NCBI RefSeq assembly: GCF_009914755.1
Contig: NC_060945.1
Source of the DNA: the human T2T-CHM13v2.0 reference genome, Homo sapiens
Strand: one strand, 5' to 3'
Length of the DNA stretch: 64,000 nt
Position 1 is the first letter of the stretch; every line of letters begins with the position of its first letter. A program made the translations under genes and the position numbers. The notes beneath the pieces were generated by a model. The model did no database searches. It saw nothing but the letters and a program-made list of their open reading frames with translations, and was not told where the DNA came from. Below are positions 14,301-26,649 of this stretch, one piece after another.

Positions 14301-15099
14301 TGGGTAGTTCATTCAGTGGAGACCTAACTCCCAAACATCTATTGAAAAGGAGTGAAGGGCAGAAAAACAGAAACCAAACTTTCAGTTGGCTGCCTTTTCT
14401 TTAATATGTACTAGAAAGTATTTCCAATATACAACATATATTTGAAAAGAATATAATGAACACCCACGTGCCCACCATGTAGCATAAAAAAATTAAAATT
14501 ACTCACATAGTGGAAACTATCTGTCAACCTCTTCCTCGCTGAAATACATCCCTCTTTCCTTCCCCCTGGAAAGAAAACTGCCCCAAATTTGATTTCCCAT
14601 GAGCAATTTTTATATCAGTTTCTAAAAATGTGAAAGGGAACATGCTAACTTAAAGTTTACCAGAAAGCCATGCAATGAACATCCCTCTGCTGTGCTTGAC
14701 CTTGGTTTCCAAACAGAAGTTTCTTTAAATAAAACTTTAAATGACCTCAGGTTAAATGATGCCTCAGGTGGCTGGTTAAAGAGAATGAAAGAAATCACAA
14801 AAGAAGAAAACGGTAAATCTGAAGTGACAAGTGAGAGGCTATATCTGAAAGGGTTGAAGCATTCATGGATGAAATTGATAGATTAATAGAGTATTATCAT
14901 TTTATAAGGTTAAAAGCTGTGCCAAAAACTAAGGATACTCATCCATACTGCAAGGGACTTTCCTCAAAGACACAGGCTACAAAAATAAAAACCCAACATT
15001 CATTAAAGAAGTCATAATGACTCAAATGCCAGCCAGGGATGCAGCCTGGAAACAGTACTCTAAAAAGGGAACTTTCAGAAACATTTAAACTTGACTCAA

Positions 15100-15190
15100 A
15101 TATATATGTATATATATCCATATATATATTTTATATATATTCATATATATCCACACGGATTCACACATATATATATTCATATGTATATGA
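15100..15190. repeat. (TA)n-rich low complexity
   Basis: tatatatgtatatatatcc... Confidence 0.8.
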
Positions 15191-15344
15191 ACATGAAGAA
15201 AGAGATGGCTGGTTCATCTTTACATTCTTGGTAAAGAATATAGGCTGGTATAAAGGCTGGTATAGCAGAAAATTTAATAACCACCTGATAAATGAATTAA
15301 GCAAATAAACAAAAGAGTACCCACAAACACATCTAAAGGAACAG

Positions 15345-15642
15345 AATGGGCACGGTGGCTCACGCCTATAATCCCAGCACTTCGGAAGGCTGAGGCAGGT
15401 GGATCACCTGAGGTCAGAAGTTTGAGACCAGGCTGGAAACACGGTGAAACCCCGTCTCTACTAAAAATACAAAAATTAGCCAGGCACGGTGGTGTGTGCC
15501 TGTAATTCCAGCTACTCAGGAGGCTGAGGCATGAGAATTGCTTGAACCTGGGAGGTGGAGGTTGCAGTGAGCCAAGATCACACCACTGCACTTCCAGCCT
15601 GGGTGACGGAGTGAGACTCTGTCTTGAAAATAAATAAATAAA
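15345..15642 (+). mobile_element. AluS
   Basis: Full dimer. Confidence 0.92.
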
Positions 15643-15676
15643 CAGAATGAAGAAAGAGAAGAATGTTTGGATACAG

Positions 15677-15891
15677 CAATGGTCCTTAGTTGGAGGTGAA
15701 TTTGCCTCCGGGGAACATTTGGCAATATCTGGAGGCATTTTTGGTTGTCACAGCTGGGGGTTGCTACTGATATCTAGTAGGTAGAGTCCAGAGATGCTGC
15801 TCTACATCCTATCATGCATATAACAGGCCCCCACGACAAAGAATTATCCAGCCACAAATGCCAATAGTGCTGCTGCTGCTGAGAAACCCTG
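15677..15891 (+). mobile_element. MER20 (hAT-Charlie)
   Basis: caatggtcc...gagaaaccctg termini; acatttggcaatatctggaggcatttttggttgtcac core. Confidence 0.9.
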
Positions 15892-17406
15892 ATTTAGAAG
15901 TTTCACTATCACCTGTCATTTAATTAATGTATTCCATCTATTCCATATAGCATCATCAATTTGAAGAGACTCTCCAGGGACTTAGAAAAACATGAAACAA
16001 CACTTCTCCTTTTCCACTGTGCAGCATTCAATCGCTGAGAACCATACATATGGGCTCAGAAGAAAGCAGACACTGAGATCAGAGGCAGGAAAGCATCCCG
16101 TGGTTTTGGGTGCAGCCTTGGCATCCATGCACTCACCAAGCTACTGACTTACGCTGAATCTGGATGAAAACAATCATGAAGGGGATGGGAGAAGGATGAT
16201 GTAAAGCCAGGCGGGACTGTCTTGAGAATCAGAGATCGCGTACTTCGGGGAAGCCGACATGGTGTGCAGCGAGAGATGTGACAGATACTGAGACAAAGCA
16301 GCCCCATCGAGGCCCATCAGTCATTTCTCCATTGACAATTATGAGTCTCCGCTGGAACTACTCCACACACAACAGGAAGGCGCTTCATCTCATTACAGCA
16401 TATAGAAAAGAATGTTACAAATCACTCGTGGGAAGAGGAAGGCAAGCACCATGAAGTCAGTGGTCAGAGCATCAGAGCAGTGGGCTTACACGGGGAGCAC
16501 ATCTTGCCTACAGGTTTTCTGGTCTCATGATTACCTAAGAAGGTTTCTTTTAGCTCTGGGTGGGTGGGGGGCATATACTTTTTTTTCACCTTCTTTCTGA
16601 TATTATTATTTAATTTTGCATGGAGGGGGAGAAGAGCTTTTTGTTGTTACTTAGTGTTTCTCTAAAGGGGACGTGGGGGAACAGTAGGTTTGCTCATCTT
16701 GAATTTTCTTAAAGCCACATATATGGTGGGGACGCAATACATACATGTTGGATTAAACCAAATAGTCCCCACCTTCTTCCCTATCTCTCAGGCCTAAAAA
16801 TAAAGGGTCCCCTGTAGATGCTTCTAGAGAAGAATAACTTGAGATCAAGAGTCTGAGCAACATGTGAACACGTTACATAAACCCTGCTGGCTCCATACAG
16901 TGGCGGGCAGGTTTTCACAGATCTGAACAGAACGGCTTACCTGATAGTGATGAAAATACAGCAATATCAGAACTGGAGAGGCCCCAGGCATTGGCCTTGG
17001 GCCTCGGAGGGAAGCAGGACTTAGCATCCAAGAATTTACTGCTATAGCAGAAGGGCTGTGTCCTCCTGCCCAGGAAGATTCCCCCACAACACTAGTAGAC
17101 AAGTGGGCAGTAAGGAAGACGCCTATCCCTCTAAAGGTACCAGTTTCTTAACCTGCAGTTCTGAAAGCCACTCGTTTTGCTTTTTAAGTCATGCGAATTT
17201 CGGAAAAGAAAATGTGAACGCAGGTCCGAGCCCCATCAGCAGCAATGAACTTATACACAAATGTACAGTATTTCTGCTCCAAAGAAATGCAACCAGTAGA
17301 GGGAGCACAGCTGACTTTTGTTGTTAATTTCTCAAGATCGGGATGAACCTGGGAATGACGCTAAATGATACAAAAATAACACACATCACCGCAAAAGAAA
17401 AGATGC

Positions 17407-17530
17407 ATGCACGGACGTTCAGAGAAACTGCAAACCCTGACACCCTTATGCACGAACGTTCAGAGAAACTGCAAACCCTGACAACTTTATGCACGAACGT
17501 TCAGAGAAACTGCAAACCCTGACACCCTTA
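17407..17530 (+). repeat. Minisatellite, 3 x 41 bp
   Basis: Unit atgcacgaacgttcagagaaactgcaaaccctgacaccctt starts at 17407, 17448 and 17489. Confidence 0.95.
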
Positions 17531-20080
17531 GGAGGTATGTGAATTGTTAGTGGATATTTGCACAAGAGCTGGCTAAACAGACAGAAGAGGACTACATAAA
17601 AAATAAATTCATGTTGGAAAACAATATGTGGCATGTGGAGAAAAGGTCACAAAGGGTTAAACTTCTTTTTCCCTTTGTCAAGTGGATTTACACTCAGAAA
17701 TGAAAACGTATGGAGAGTTTATTTAAGCATATTCTCTCCAAAAATTTTAACTCAAGTGTTTAGCTTGCTCACTCTCTCTCTATATATATTAGATCTACAA
17801 TAGCTGGGCTTTAAAATTCCTTTCAAATTGCATTCTCAGTGACAGAGATGACTTCCAAAAGCAAGCATTTTCTGGATTGCTCTTCAGGGGTCTCCAGAAC
17901 CAACTTGGTCAGGAATCAAGGTGTCTTCAAGATCTGCGAATTTGAAGCCATCAGCCACAATGGAGCTTACCTCCACCTTTTCAAGCCTTCATAGAACAAA
18001 AACAAGGTAAGAAGTGCTGGCACCAACGCGTCCTCACCTATGTCACCTAGCAACAATGTTATCAGCAGCAAGGCCAGGGAAGAGTCTCCTCCTCCTCCTC
18101 GTGTTAGGTGATACGCAACAGGGGTGTCAACACCGTCAAATTACCTGAATCCAAACACGATTTCCCAGCATAACTGCAGTTCCAAATATGCATCCTGTTA
18201 ATGGAATCCATATTTGGACTGCTATGGAAATGCAGAAGGTTTTTCATAACTACATTTTGTGATTGACTACCAACGGATTGCCAAAATCAATTTTTTATAT
18301 TTGAAACTGATGAAAGGTCTAAATATGGATCCATCCCACACACTCCCATGCTAGGTAATCTGAGGGTCTGCTTGGGAATACGGACATGTTTGAAAACACT
18401 GCAAACACTTGTTTCAGCCCTGGATGGGGTCTTTCTATTCTCTGAGAGACAAACAAGGTTCACCTTTCTAGGCAAAGTTTTAAAACACAGTCTTCATTAA
18501 ATTTGATTTGATACAAGAATGTTTTACAACTTCAAAGTAAACCTTATGCCAACCAAACTTAGAGACTCTTTACATAGTTTTCTCTATCTGAAAACAGAAT
18601 ACCTAACAAATACATAGAGATATTCTTAAAAAATACAGGGCCAGCCAAAAAGAGGCCAGGAAACTCTAATAGCTTTTAAACACCACCTCCAGAATGCATT
18701 GCAGGGACTGTGTGGCAAATTCCCTAAAATCCAAGGGCTTCAATTTCCTTTACTATAAAATGATGAATGTTCGATTTAATTTTCTCTGCCTTCTGAGCTC
18801 TATCTTCCAATTATAAGTTTCCATGATTTTAAAGCCCCCATTGTTTTCATTACCCCAAATTAGATTTCCTTACAGAAGAACAACTTTCATCTAACAAGTC
18901 AAAGTCAACAGGGTCAGGACTCCTTGGTAGCCCACATTCTTCTAAGTGAAGCCAGGTTTGTAACTGAAAGGGTGAAGGGAAAAGGGAGGAAGTGCAACCA
19001 GAGTTAGATAAAGATAACAAAGAAGGCCAAGGAAACATCCGTGAGCTCTTAGCTCCCACCAGCAATAAACCATATGGGGCCAGATGCTGTCCCACCCACA
19101 CACACAGTAAGGCTTTTGATTTCAAGGGCCCTGGGTGCCTTGCACAAATGGTGCATGTGTTCACGGGGGGTAAAAGCATCGAAGTTTTTCCTAGTTTGGG
19201 ACCTTTCAGATACCTCCCTGCTCGGCAGCAATAAACAATAATAATTGTTATTGGCACTAGAAGTAAGATAATATAGAATAACTAAGAAGACAAAAAGTCA
19301 AGTTCTAATTTCAGTCCTGCCATTTCTTCAAAGAATGCCAGGATAGCTTTATAATCCCCAGTATAGCCTCTTGAAAAAGCTGGGTCAGGGAGTATCCCAT
19401 CGGGGAGGCCTCATTGGGTCATGAGAGAAGCAAGGATACAAAATGAGAAGAGCCGGTTCAAGTCCAGGGTCCAGCGACAACCAGAAGAGTAACTCAGAGC
19501 AAGTCCCTCTGCCTACCCTTCGGTAAAGTGGGAACTTAAAATAATAGATGCCTATTGGCAATGGAATGCATGGGTTAACAGGCTTTGGACTGGGCACATG
19601 CCCAACACTGTCTCTAAATGGGCGAATGGGCACTAAACATGTCAAGACAATTTTCAATCAGGAAATAAGCCAACCCTGTTTCTTAAACGATCTTAGCATT
19701 TATAATGTTCTCAATGTTTTCACATTGACGGTGCTATTTTGGCAAAAAGTACAGTTCTGGCACTAGTTACGTGTCAGATAACAGAATGGAGGTCCTTCCC
19801 AATGGGGTCACAGAGGGCTCACCCTCTTGAGCCCTAAGCCTTCCCCAGAGAGTCCCTACTGTGGGGAAGTAGCAGGCCACCCTTGTGAGGGTGGACGCAG
19901 TGAGCCACAAAGGCCCGACACTAACCAGGTCCAACCAATTTAATGGTATTTAATGGTATTCATGGGTGGGAATCATTTTGATTTTTATTTTATACTAAGA
20001 TACAGTAACTGTCACTTTAAAATTTTGGGGGGCCAAAACATACTGGGGCAGGGAGTGGAGAATGACGCTGGCTAAGAAGG

Positions 20081-20506
20081 TGATATAGTTTGGATATCTG
20101 TACCCACCCAAATCTCATGCTGAATTGTAATTTTTGGTGTTGCAGATGGGGCCTGGTGGGAGGTGATTAGATCATGGGGGTGGATTTCTCATGTAGAGTT
20201 GAGCACCATCCCCTTGGTGCTGTTCTCGTGATAGTGAGTCAGTTCTCGCAAGATCTGGTTGTATAAAAGTTTGTGGCATCTCCCCGCATCTCTCTTTTGC
20301 TCCTGCTCTGGCACGTGACATGTCTGCTCCTGCTTCTCTTTCTGCCATAACTGTAAGTTTTCTGAGGTCTCCCCAGAAGCCAAGCAGATGCCAGCATCAT
20401 GCTTCCTGTACAGCCTGCAGAACCATGAGCCAATTAAACCTCTTTTCTTTATAAATTACCCAGTGTCAGGTATTTCTTTATAGCAATGCAAGAATGGCCC
20501 AATACA
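20081..20506 (+). mobile_element. MST-family MaLR solo LTR
   Basis: TGATATAGTTTGG...AATACA termini; typical attaaacctcttttctttataaattaccc end. Confidence 0.9.
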
Positions 20507-21460
20507 CGATGAGACATCTAGCACAGGGGTAGGATGGTGAAGTGAAAAGGACCCCACCTATAGACCTGCTTGTAACACATGACACCTTACAGAGTTTTGT
20601 ACTAACCACAGGCACAAAATCAATTAAAATTAGGTGACTTGTAATGAATAATGGCTAGGGAAACGTGTTGATGAGAATCCACTTGTCTTGTGTTCCCTTC
20701 CACTAACATAGGCATTTGATTTCACTCTAGGAATACTTGCTGCCATCTTCCCTAATGTAAATGAAAACCAAACATGTACAAGTTACTTTCAATCAGAGAA
20801 TACGACAAACCTGTATCTCAAAATATTAAAGGGTCTAACATAGGGGTGACACATTTAGGGTCATAGACCTCTATATGTAAGAGAAGAAAGGAGGTCTTAT
20901 AAATCACTCATTCATCTGAAGTCAGAAGGAGTAAGTGACTTGTTCAAGCTCACATAATAAAACCATGACAGCTTCAGCCCAGTACCCAGGTCAACAGAAA
21001 TAAACTTGCTGTATGTTCCACTCAATTATTACCTCCTTTAAAAAATATGTCCATAAAATGAACATTCAATGCAGTGTATGCACATATAATTTGGGGGCTC
21101 CAACCTAGTACAAAAGGCACATACAAATAAAAAACAATATAAATTGAGCCCATCTAGAATTAATAAGCAAACCATAAAAAGTGGGTACATGAGAAATTCT
21201 TGGCTAAGCTCCAGACAAGCAAGCAAGGGGCCCAGAGACCTGGGAGGGAGGACGCAGTCAAACCCGGATGGCTGGAGGCAGTCTGACTCACCAGCAGCCA
21301 GCGTCCTCCCAAACAAATTACAGAGGCAGGCTCAGCAAGAATGCAGGGGAAAGATCCACATGTGCCCAAGGGGTTAAGATAGCAACCTGGTCAAAGATAC
21401 AGACTTCCTCAGTTAGGAAAGCTCTACCCCTGGAATACCAAGAAATTAAAGTTCATCTCT

Positions 21461-21757
21461 GGCAGGGCGTGGTGGCTCATGCCTATAATCCTAGCACTTT
21501 GGGAGGCCGAGGAGGGCAGATCACCTGAGGTCAGGAGTTCAAGACCAGCCTGGCCAACACGGCGAAACCCCATCTCTACTAAAAACACAAAAATTAGCCG
21601 GGTGTAGTGGTGTGTGCCTGTACTCCCAGCTACTTAGGAGGCTGAGGCAGGAGAATCGCTTGAACCCAGGAGGCAGAGGTTGCAGTAAGCCAGGATCACA
21701 CCACTGTACTCCAACCTAGGCAACAGAGCAAGAGTCTGTCTCAAAAAAAAAAAAAAA
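21461..21757 (+). mobile_element. AluS
   Basis: Full dimer; TSD aaagt(t/g)catct. Confidence 0.92.
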
Positions 21758-21799
21758 GTGCATCTTTGCTAATGCCACAAAATACCGTCATTTTCACTT

Positions 21800-22170
21800 G
21801 TCTGTGAATATTCATTGCAGCATTACTCACAATAGCCAAGAGGTGAAAACAATCTATGTGCCCATCAGATGAATGAATAAACAAAATGTGGTATATCTCT
21901 GCAATGGAATATTACTCAGCCATTTAAATATTGAAGTTCTGATCTGTGCTGCTACATGGATGAACCTTCAAAATATTATGCTAAGTGAAAGAAGTCAGAC
22001 ACAAAAGGACAAATATTGCATAATTCCACTTACACCCAAGTTTTGGACATAGATAGTGGTGATGGTTGTACAACATTGTGAATGTAATTAATGCCAGTGA
22101 AGTGTGTACTTAAAAATAGTTAAAATGCCAACTTTTATGTTATATATATCTTACCACAACTTTTAAAGAA
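21800..22170 (+). mobile_element. L1MB-type 3' end
   Basis: gaataaacaaaatgtggtatatc...ttaccacaac. Confidence 0.8.
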
Positions 22171-22205
22171 GATTCCAAAAATATCATTTTCAACGTTTTG
22201 GCTCA

Positions 22206-22573
<368 letters not shown>

Positions 22574-23079
22574 CTAAAAACAAAAGTAATCAAAACTTTA
22601 CACACATTAACCAAGCCTTCCAATAAGCCAACTCTTCCTGTCATATCACCATGATCTTCACACGCCCAGATAAGTGATTTTCTCTGATTGTAAGAGATAA
22701 AATGACATTGCCTCACCTATCAAGGTAAATCTTTCACAATTATGAAGATAAAACAAGGCACACCCTTGCACAGTATGCTGGAGGCACAGCAGTAGGGAAC
22801 AGCTGCTTCCACCAACCCATCCCAACCCCAAATTTCAACGCATATCAAGAAACCAAAAAGGGTCAGATATGAGTCCAAAACCCTAACAGTGGGGGAAATG
22901 AATCAAACCCAAATTCTTAATTGTAAATATTAAATGTTACACATGTTAACTGACCACATTCAGGTGTACCCTCAACTCGCAGTAATTTCAGCAGTTAAGA
23001 CGTAAGCAGGGGTGCCAGGCAGTCTAAGTGAGAATTGCGGGTCAGCCAGGAATTCCTCTTCCAGTCACAGGCCTATCCC

Positions 23080-23420
23080 TTAATCTTCATAAAGCCTCAG
23101 TCCCTCATCTGTAAAATGGGAATAAGAGCATTTCCCTCATAAAGCTATGTGAAGACAACTTTGATGACAATGAGTTGCTGACATTTCCTGAGCACTTTCT
23201 CTGTGAAAGCCACTAGGCTAGGGGCTGCTCATTCAATTTTATACCTGGTCCTCATGACAACTCAGCAAGGTACTACTTATTACTAGACCCATTTAACAGA
23301 TAAAGAAAACTGAGGCACGGAGAGGTTAAATGAACTGCCCAAAGCCACTCAACAAGTAAGAGGCAGGTCTAAAATTCTAACCTAGTCTCTGTGAGGCTGG
23401 GACCCCAGCTCTCTCCAACC
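23080..23420. mobile_element. MIR elements (other MIRs at ~5490-5720, 6700-6800, 10800-11040, 50540-50720, 58420-58520)
   Basis: MIR core ctcatctgtaaaatggg / acagataaagaaaactgaggc. Confidence 0.75.
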
Positions 23421-23509
23421 TCACTACTGCATTTGGGCTACAATCTTGTCATTAACAACCTTGACATCCTTACATTTGATTTATTTGTTTTTATTTATTT
23501 ATTTATTTA

Positions 23510-23512
<3 letters not shown>

Positions 23513-23542
<30 letters not shown>

Positions 23543-23821
23543 AGACAGAGTCTCACTCTGTTGCCCAGGCTGGAGTGCAGTGGAGTGATTTCAGCTCACT
23601 GCAACCTCTGCCTCCTGGGTTCAAGCGATTCTGTGTCTCAGACTCCCAAGTAGCTGGAATTACAGGTGCCCGCCAACAAGCCCAGCTAATTTGTGTATTT
23701 TTAGTAGAGATGGGATTTCACCATGTTGGCCAGGCTGGTCTCGAACACCCGACCTCACACAATCTGCCCACCTCGGCCTCCCAAAGTGCTGGATTATAGG
23801 TGTGAGCCACCATGCCCGGCC
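23513..23821 (-). mobile_element. AluS
   Basis: Full dimer. Confidence 0.92.
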
Positions 23822-25211
23822 TTATTATTACTAATATTACCCTTTGTATCATGAATCTCAGTTTCTGGGTTCACAAAGTCAGAGGGCTGAGTGTGATTCC
23901 CAAAGCCTACACTTACTCATGGAGAACCTCATGCCCTCTTAAGGACAAATGTGGCAGGCAAGCAACATATTTTAGGGTTTGTCATGAAGCTCCTGGAAGT
24001 TAATTGTCACTCCGTCTGAGAAAGGTGAGTGAACAAGGTATCTAACGTGAGCCAGCTCAATTGCACAAGAGGCAAATAATATGCATAATGCATGTGTGGG
24101 AGATTCCTAAATGTATTCCTGGGGCCCTTTCACAGAACCAAGGACCCCCCCTCCACACCCCCACCACACGAAGAGGCAAGTTCAAACTCTGGACTGAGAT
24201 AATTAACGGCTGGTGGATATTTTACACTGACCTATTTATAATACCTCCCTGAAGTACTAATGTTGGTTCACAATCAAAAGAAATACATACTGAACAGAAT
24301 CTTGCTCGCAGCTGAACCACCCAACTTCCCGGTAAAACATGCATGACAGGTGACTCACAAGGATGACACAGTTCCTGGCACAGGCACCAAGAGTTACTAC
24401 CGGTGTGGAGGAGGCTCAGCCAGCAAGTTGACAAACACTTCACCACATCACCTAAAACACCAAAGTTCAACCCTATGCTCTCAGATGCCTGGTTTCTGAG
24501 AAAGGGAATTTCTCAGAATGGGACCACAACACTGACAACCTGCCCAGCTGACAATCCTTGCTGTGGGCTGGCAGACGCCAAGATAAGTCATCTCTGACTT
24601 TTATTTTTCTCAGCCTCAACAACTTCACACACCTTGCTTAGGCTCAGGCTTATGATTCAGACTTCTCACCCCTCCCAAAGCCCTGTACCCTGGGAGCCTT
24701 TGTTCTTTTTCTGGCCACAGATGAACTCAGCCCATTAAAGAAGAGCTGTAATCCCTTACACATATAACTTTCCATTGGCAAAAATTAGTCAGGTCGGCTG
24801 GGTCTGAGGTCAGCAGTCTCCTGCAGAAACACCCACCAGACACTGTTCCCCCACCACCAAAAAAAAAAAAAAAAGGTAGCGGCTAATGAACTGCCCATTA
24901 ACCGTCTGGTAGAAACACACACACAGATACTACTGACTCATTCCATTTCAATAACCAAAAACAATATTCTTGGCCTTTGGCATGAATATGGGTTTTTGTT
25001 TTCTTAAGGATAGTGGCCACCTCGGTCTATTTGCTCCCGTGCAAACTTGTTCATCTTCCGCTTATGAAGGTAACCTTAGACTTGAGGTCTTTGTTCAACA
25101 TCAACTTCTCAATGAAGGTGTCCTCCTGGCCAGTGGCCCCACCCCACCACCTCCACCCCTCATCCCTGGCACATTTCCTTTCTTACTTCCCTGATTTATT
25201 TTTCTCTCCTT

Positions 25212-25212
25212 T

Positions 25213-25244
<32 letters not shown>

Positions 25245-25528
25245 TTGAGAAAGAGTCTCGCCCTGTTGCTCAGGCTGGAGTGCAGTGATGTGATCTCGGC
25301 TCACTGCAACCTCCACATCCCAGGTTCAAGCAATGCTCTTGCCTCCGCCTCCTGAGTAGCTGGGACTACAGGCGCGTGCCACCACACTGGGCTAATTTTT
25401 GTATTTTTAGTAGAGACAGGGTTTTGTCATGTTGGCCAGGCTGGTCTCAAACTGCTGGACTCAAGTGATCTGCCCGCCTCGGCTTCCCAAAGTGCTGGGA
25501 TTCAGGCGTGAGCCACTGCGCGCCCGGC
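25212..25528 (-). mobile_element. AluS
   Basis: Full dimer; TSD tatttttctctccttt. Confidence 0.92.
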
Positions 25529-26091
25529 TATTTTTCTCTCCTTTGTACACATGCTGAATATTTTCTTATTTTACTCTTTTTCTTGTTTCTCTCCTCCACT
25601 AGAACATAAGCCCCACAAGAGCAGGCACTTTTATCCATTTTGCTCACAGTTCTATTGCAAGTGCCTAGAAGAGGGCTTCATACGTGGTAGACTCTCAACA
25701 AATATTGCATGATTTGAATAACGGTCATTCATTACCCCGAGATGATAATTCAAGACAAGAAGCATGATCAAAACCACCCAGGTCTGAGGTCTCTTCTTTA
25801 ACCATAGAAAAAAAGTCCTTTTAACCAATTCCTTCTGAATCCTTAACAGCAAAGAAAGAAATAAGGAACAATAGGAGAAATAGACATTTATGTCAATAAT
25901 ACACAAACACTTGGAGTTTTCAACTTATACATTCACTAAGGATGTTCAAGACACTGCATGCCAAATCTCTGAAATACACAGATTATTAATAATAAAGGGT
26001 AAAGATACCAATTGCCCGTATGCCATCATTGTCATGCATCCCCCCCACAGCTCACACCTCCCATCTTTTCAGACCACTCAATCTCATACTC

Positions 26092-26449
26092 TGTTAGGGT
26101 CTGAATGTTTGTGTCCCCTCAAAATTCATATGTTGAAATCCTAACCCCCAAAGTGATGGTATTCTAAGGTGGGGGCCTTTGGGAGAGGATTAGATCATGA
26201 GATCGGAGCCCCCAGGATTGGGATTAGTGCTCTTTTAAAAAGAGGTCTCGGAGTTCATTCATCTCTTTCACTGTGTAAGGACATAGCCACAAGGCGCTGT
26301 CCAGAGGAAGCAGCCCCTCACTAAACACTCAATCTGCTGTTGCCTAGATCTTAGACTTCTCAGCCTCCAGACTGTGAAATACATTTCTGTTGTTTATAAA
26401 TTATCCAGTCTGTGGTATTCTGTTATAGCAGCACCAATGGAATAAGACA
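26092..26449 (+). mobile_element. MLT1A-type MaLR solo LTR
   Basis: TG...CA termini; 5-bp TSD tactc/cactc. Confidence 0.9.
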
Positions 26450-26513
26450 CACTCCAAGAATCCCTTCATAGCTTCGATATTTCATGCTCCTCCTTAAGAA
26501 ATGTAGATTCCAT

Positions 26514-26640
26514 CTGGGCGCAGTGGCTCAGGCCTGTAATCTTAGCACTTTGGGACACTGAGACAGGAGGATGGGGCTTGAGCCCATGGGTTCGAGACCA
26601 GGCTGGGCAACACAGCAAGAGCCCATCTTTAAAAAATAAA
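26514..26640 (+). mobile_element. FLAM-type Alu monomer
   Basis: Single monomer; TSD tgtagattccat. Confidence 0.8.
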
Positions 26641-26649
26641 TGAATGAAT

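Noticed and set aside
17407-17530. CRISPR-like array
   Set aside because: Head-to-tail units with no unique spacers and no cas genes, in a eukaryotic context: an ordinary minisatellite.
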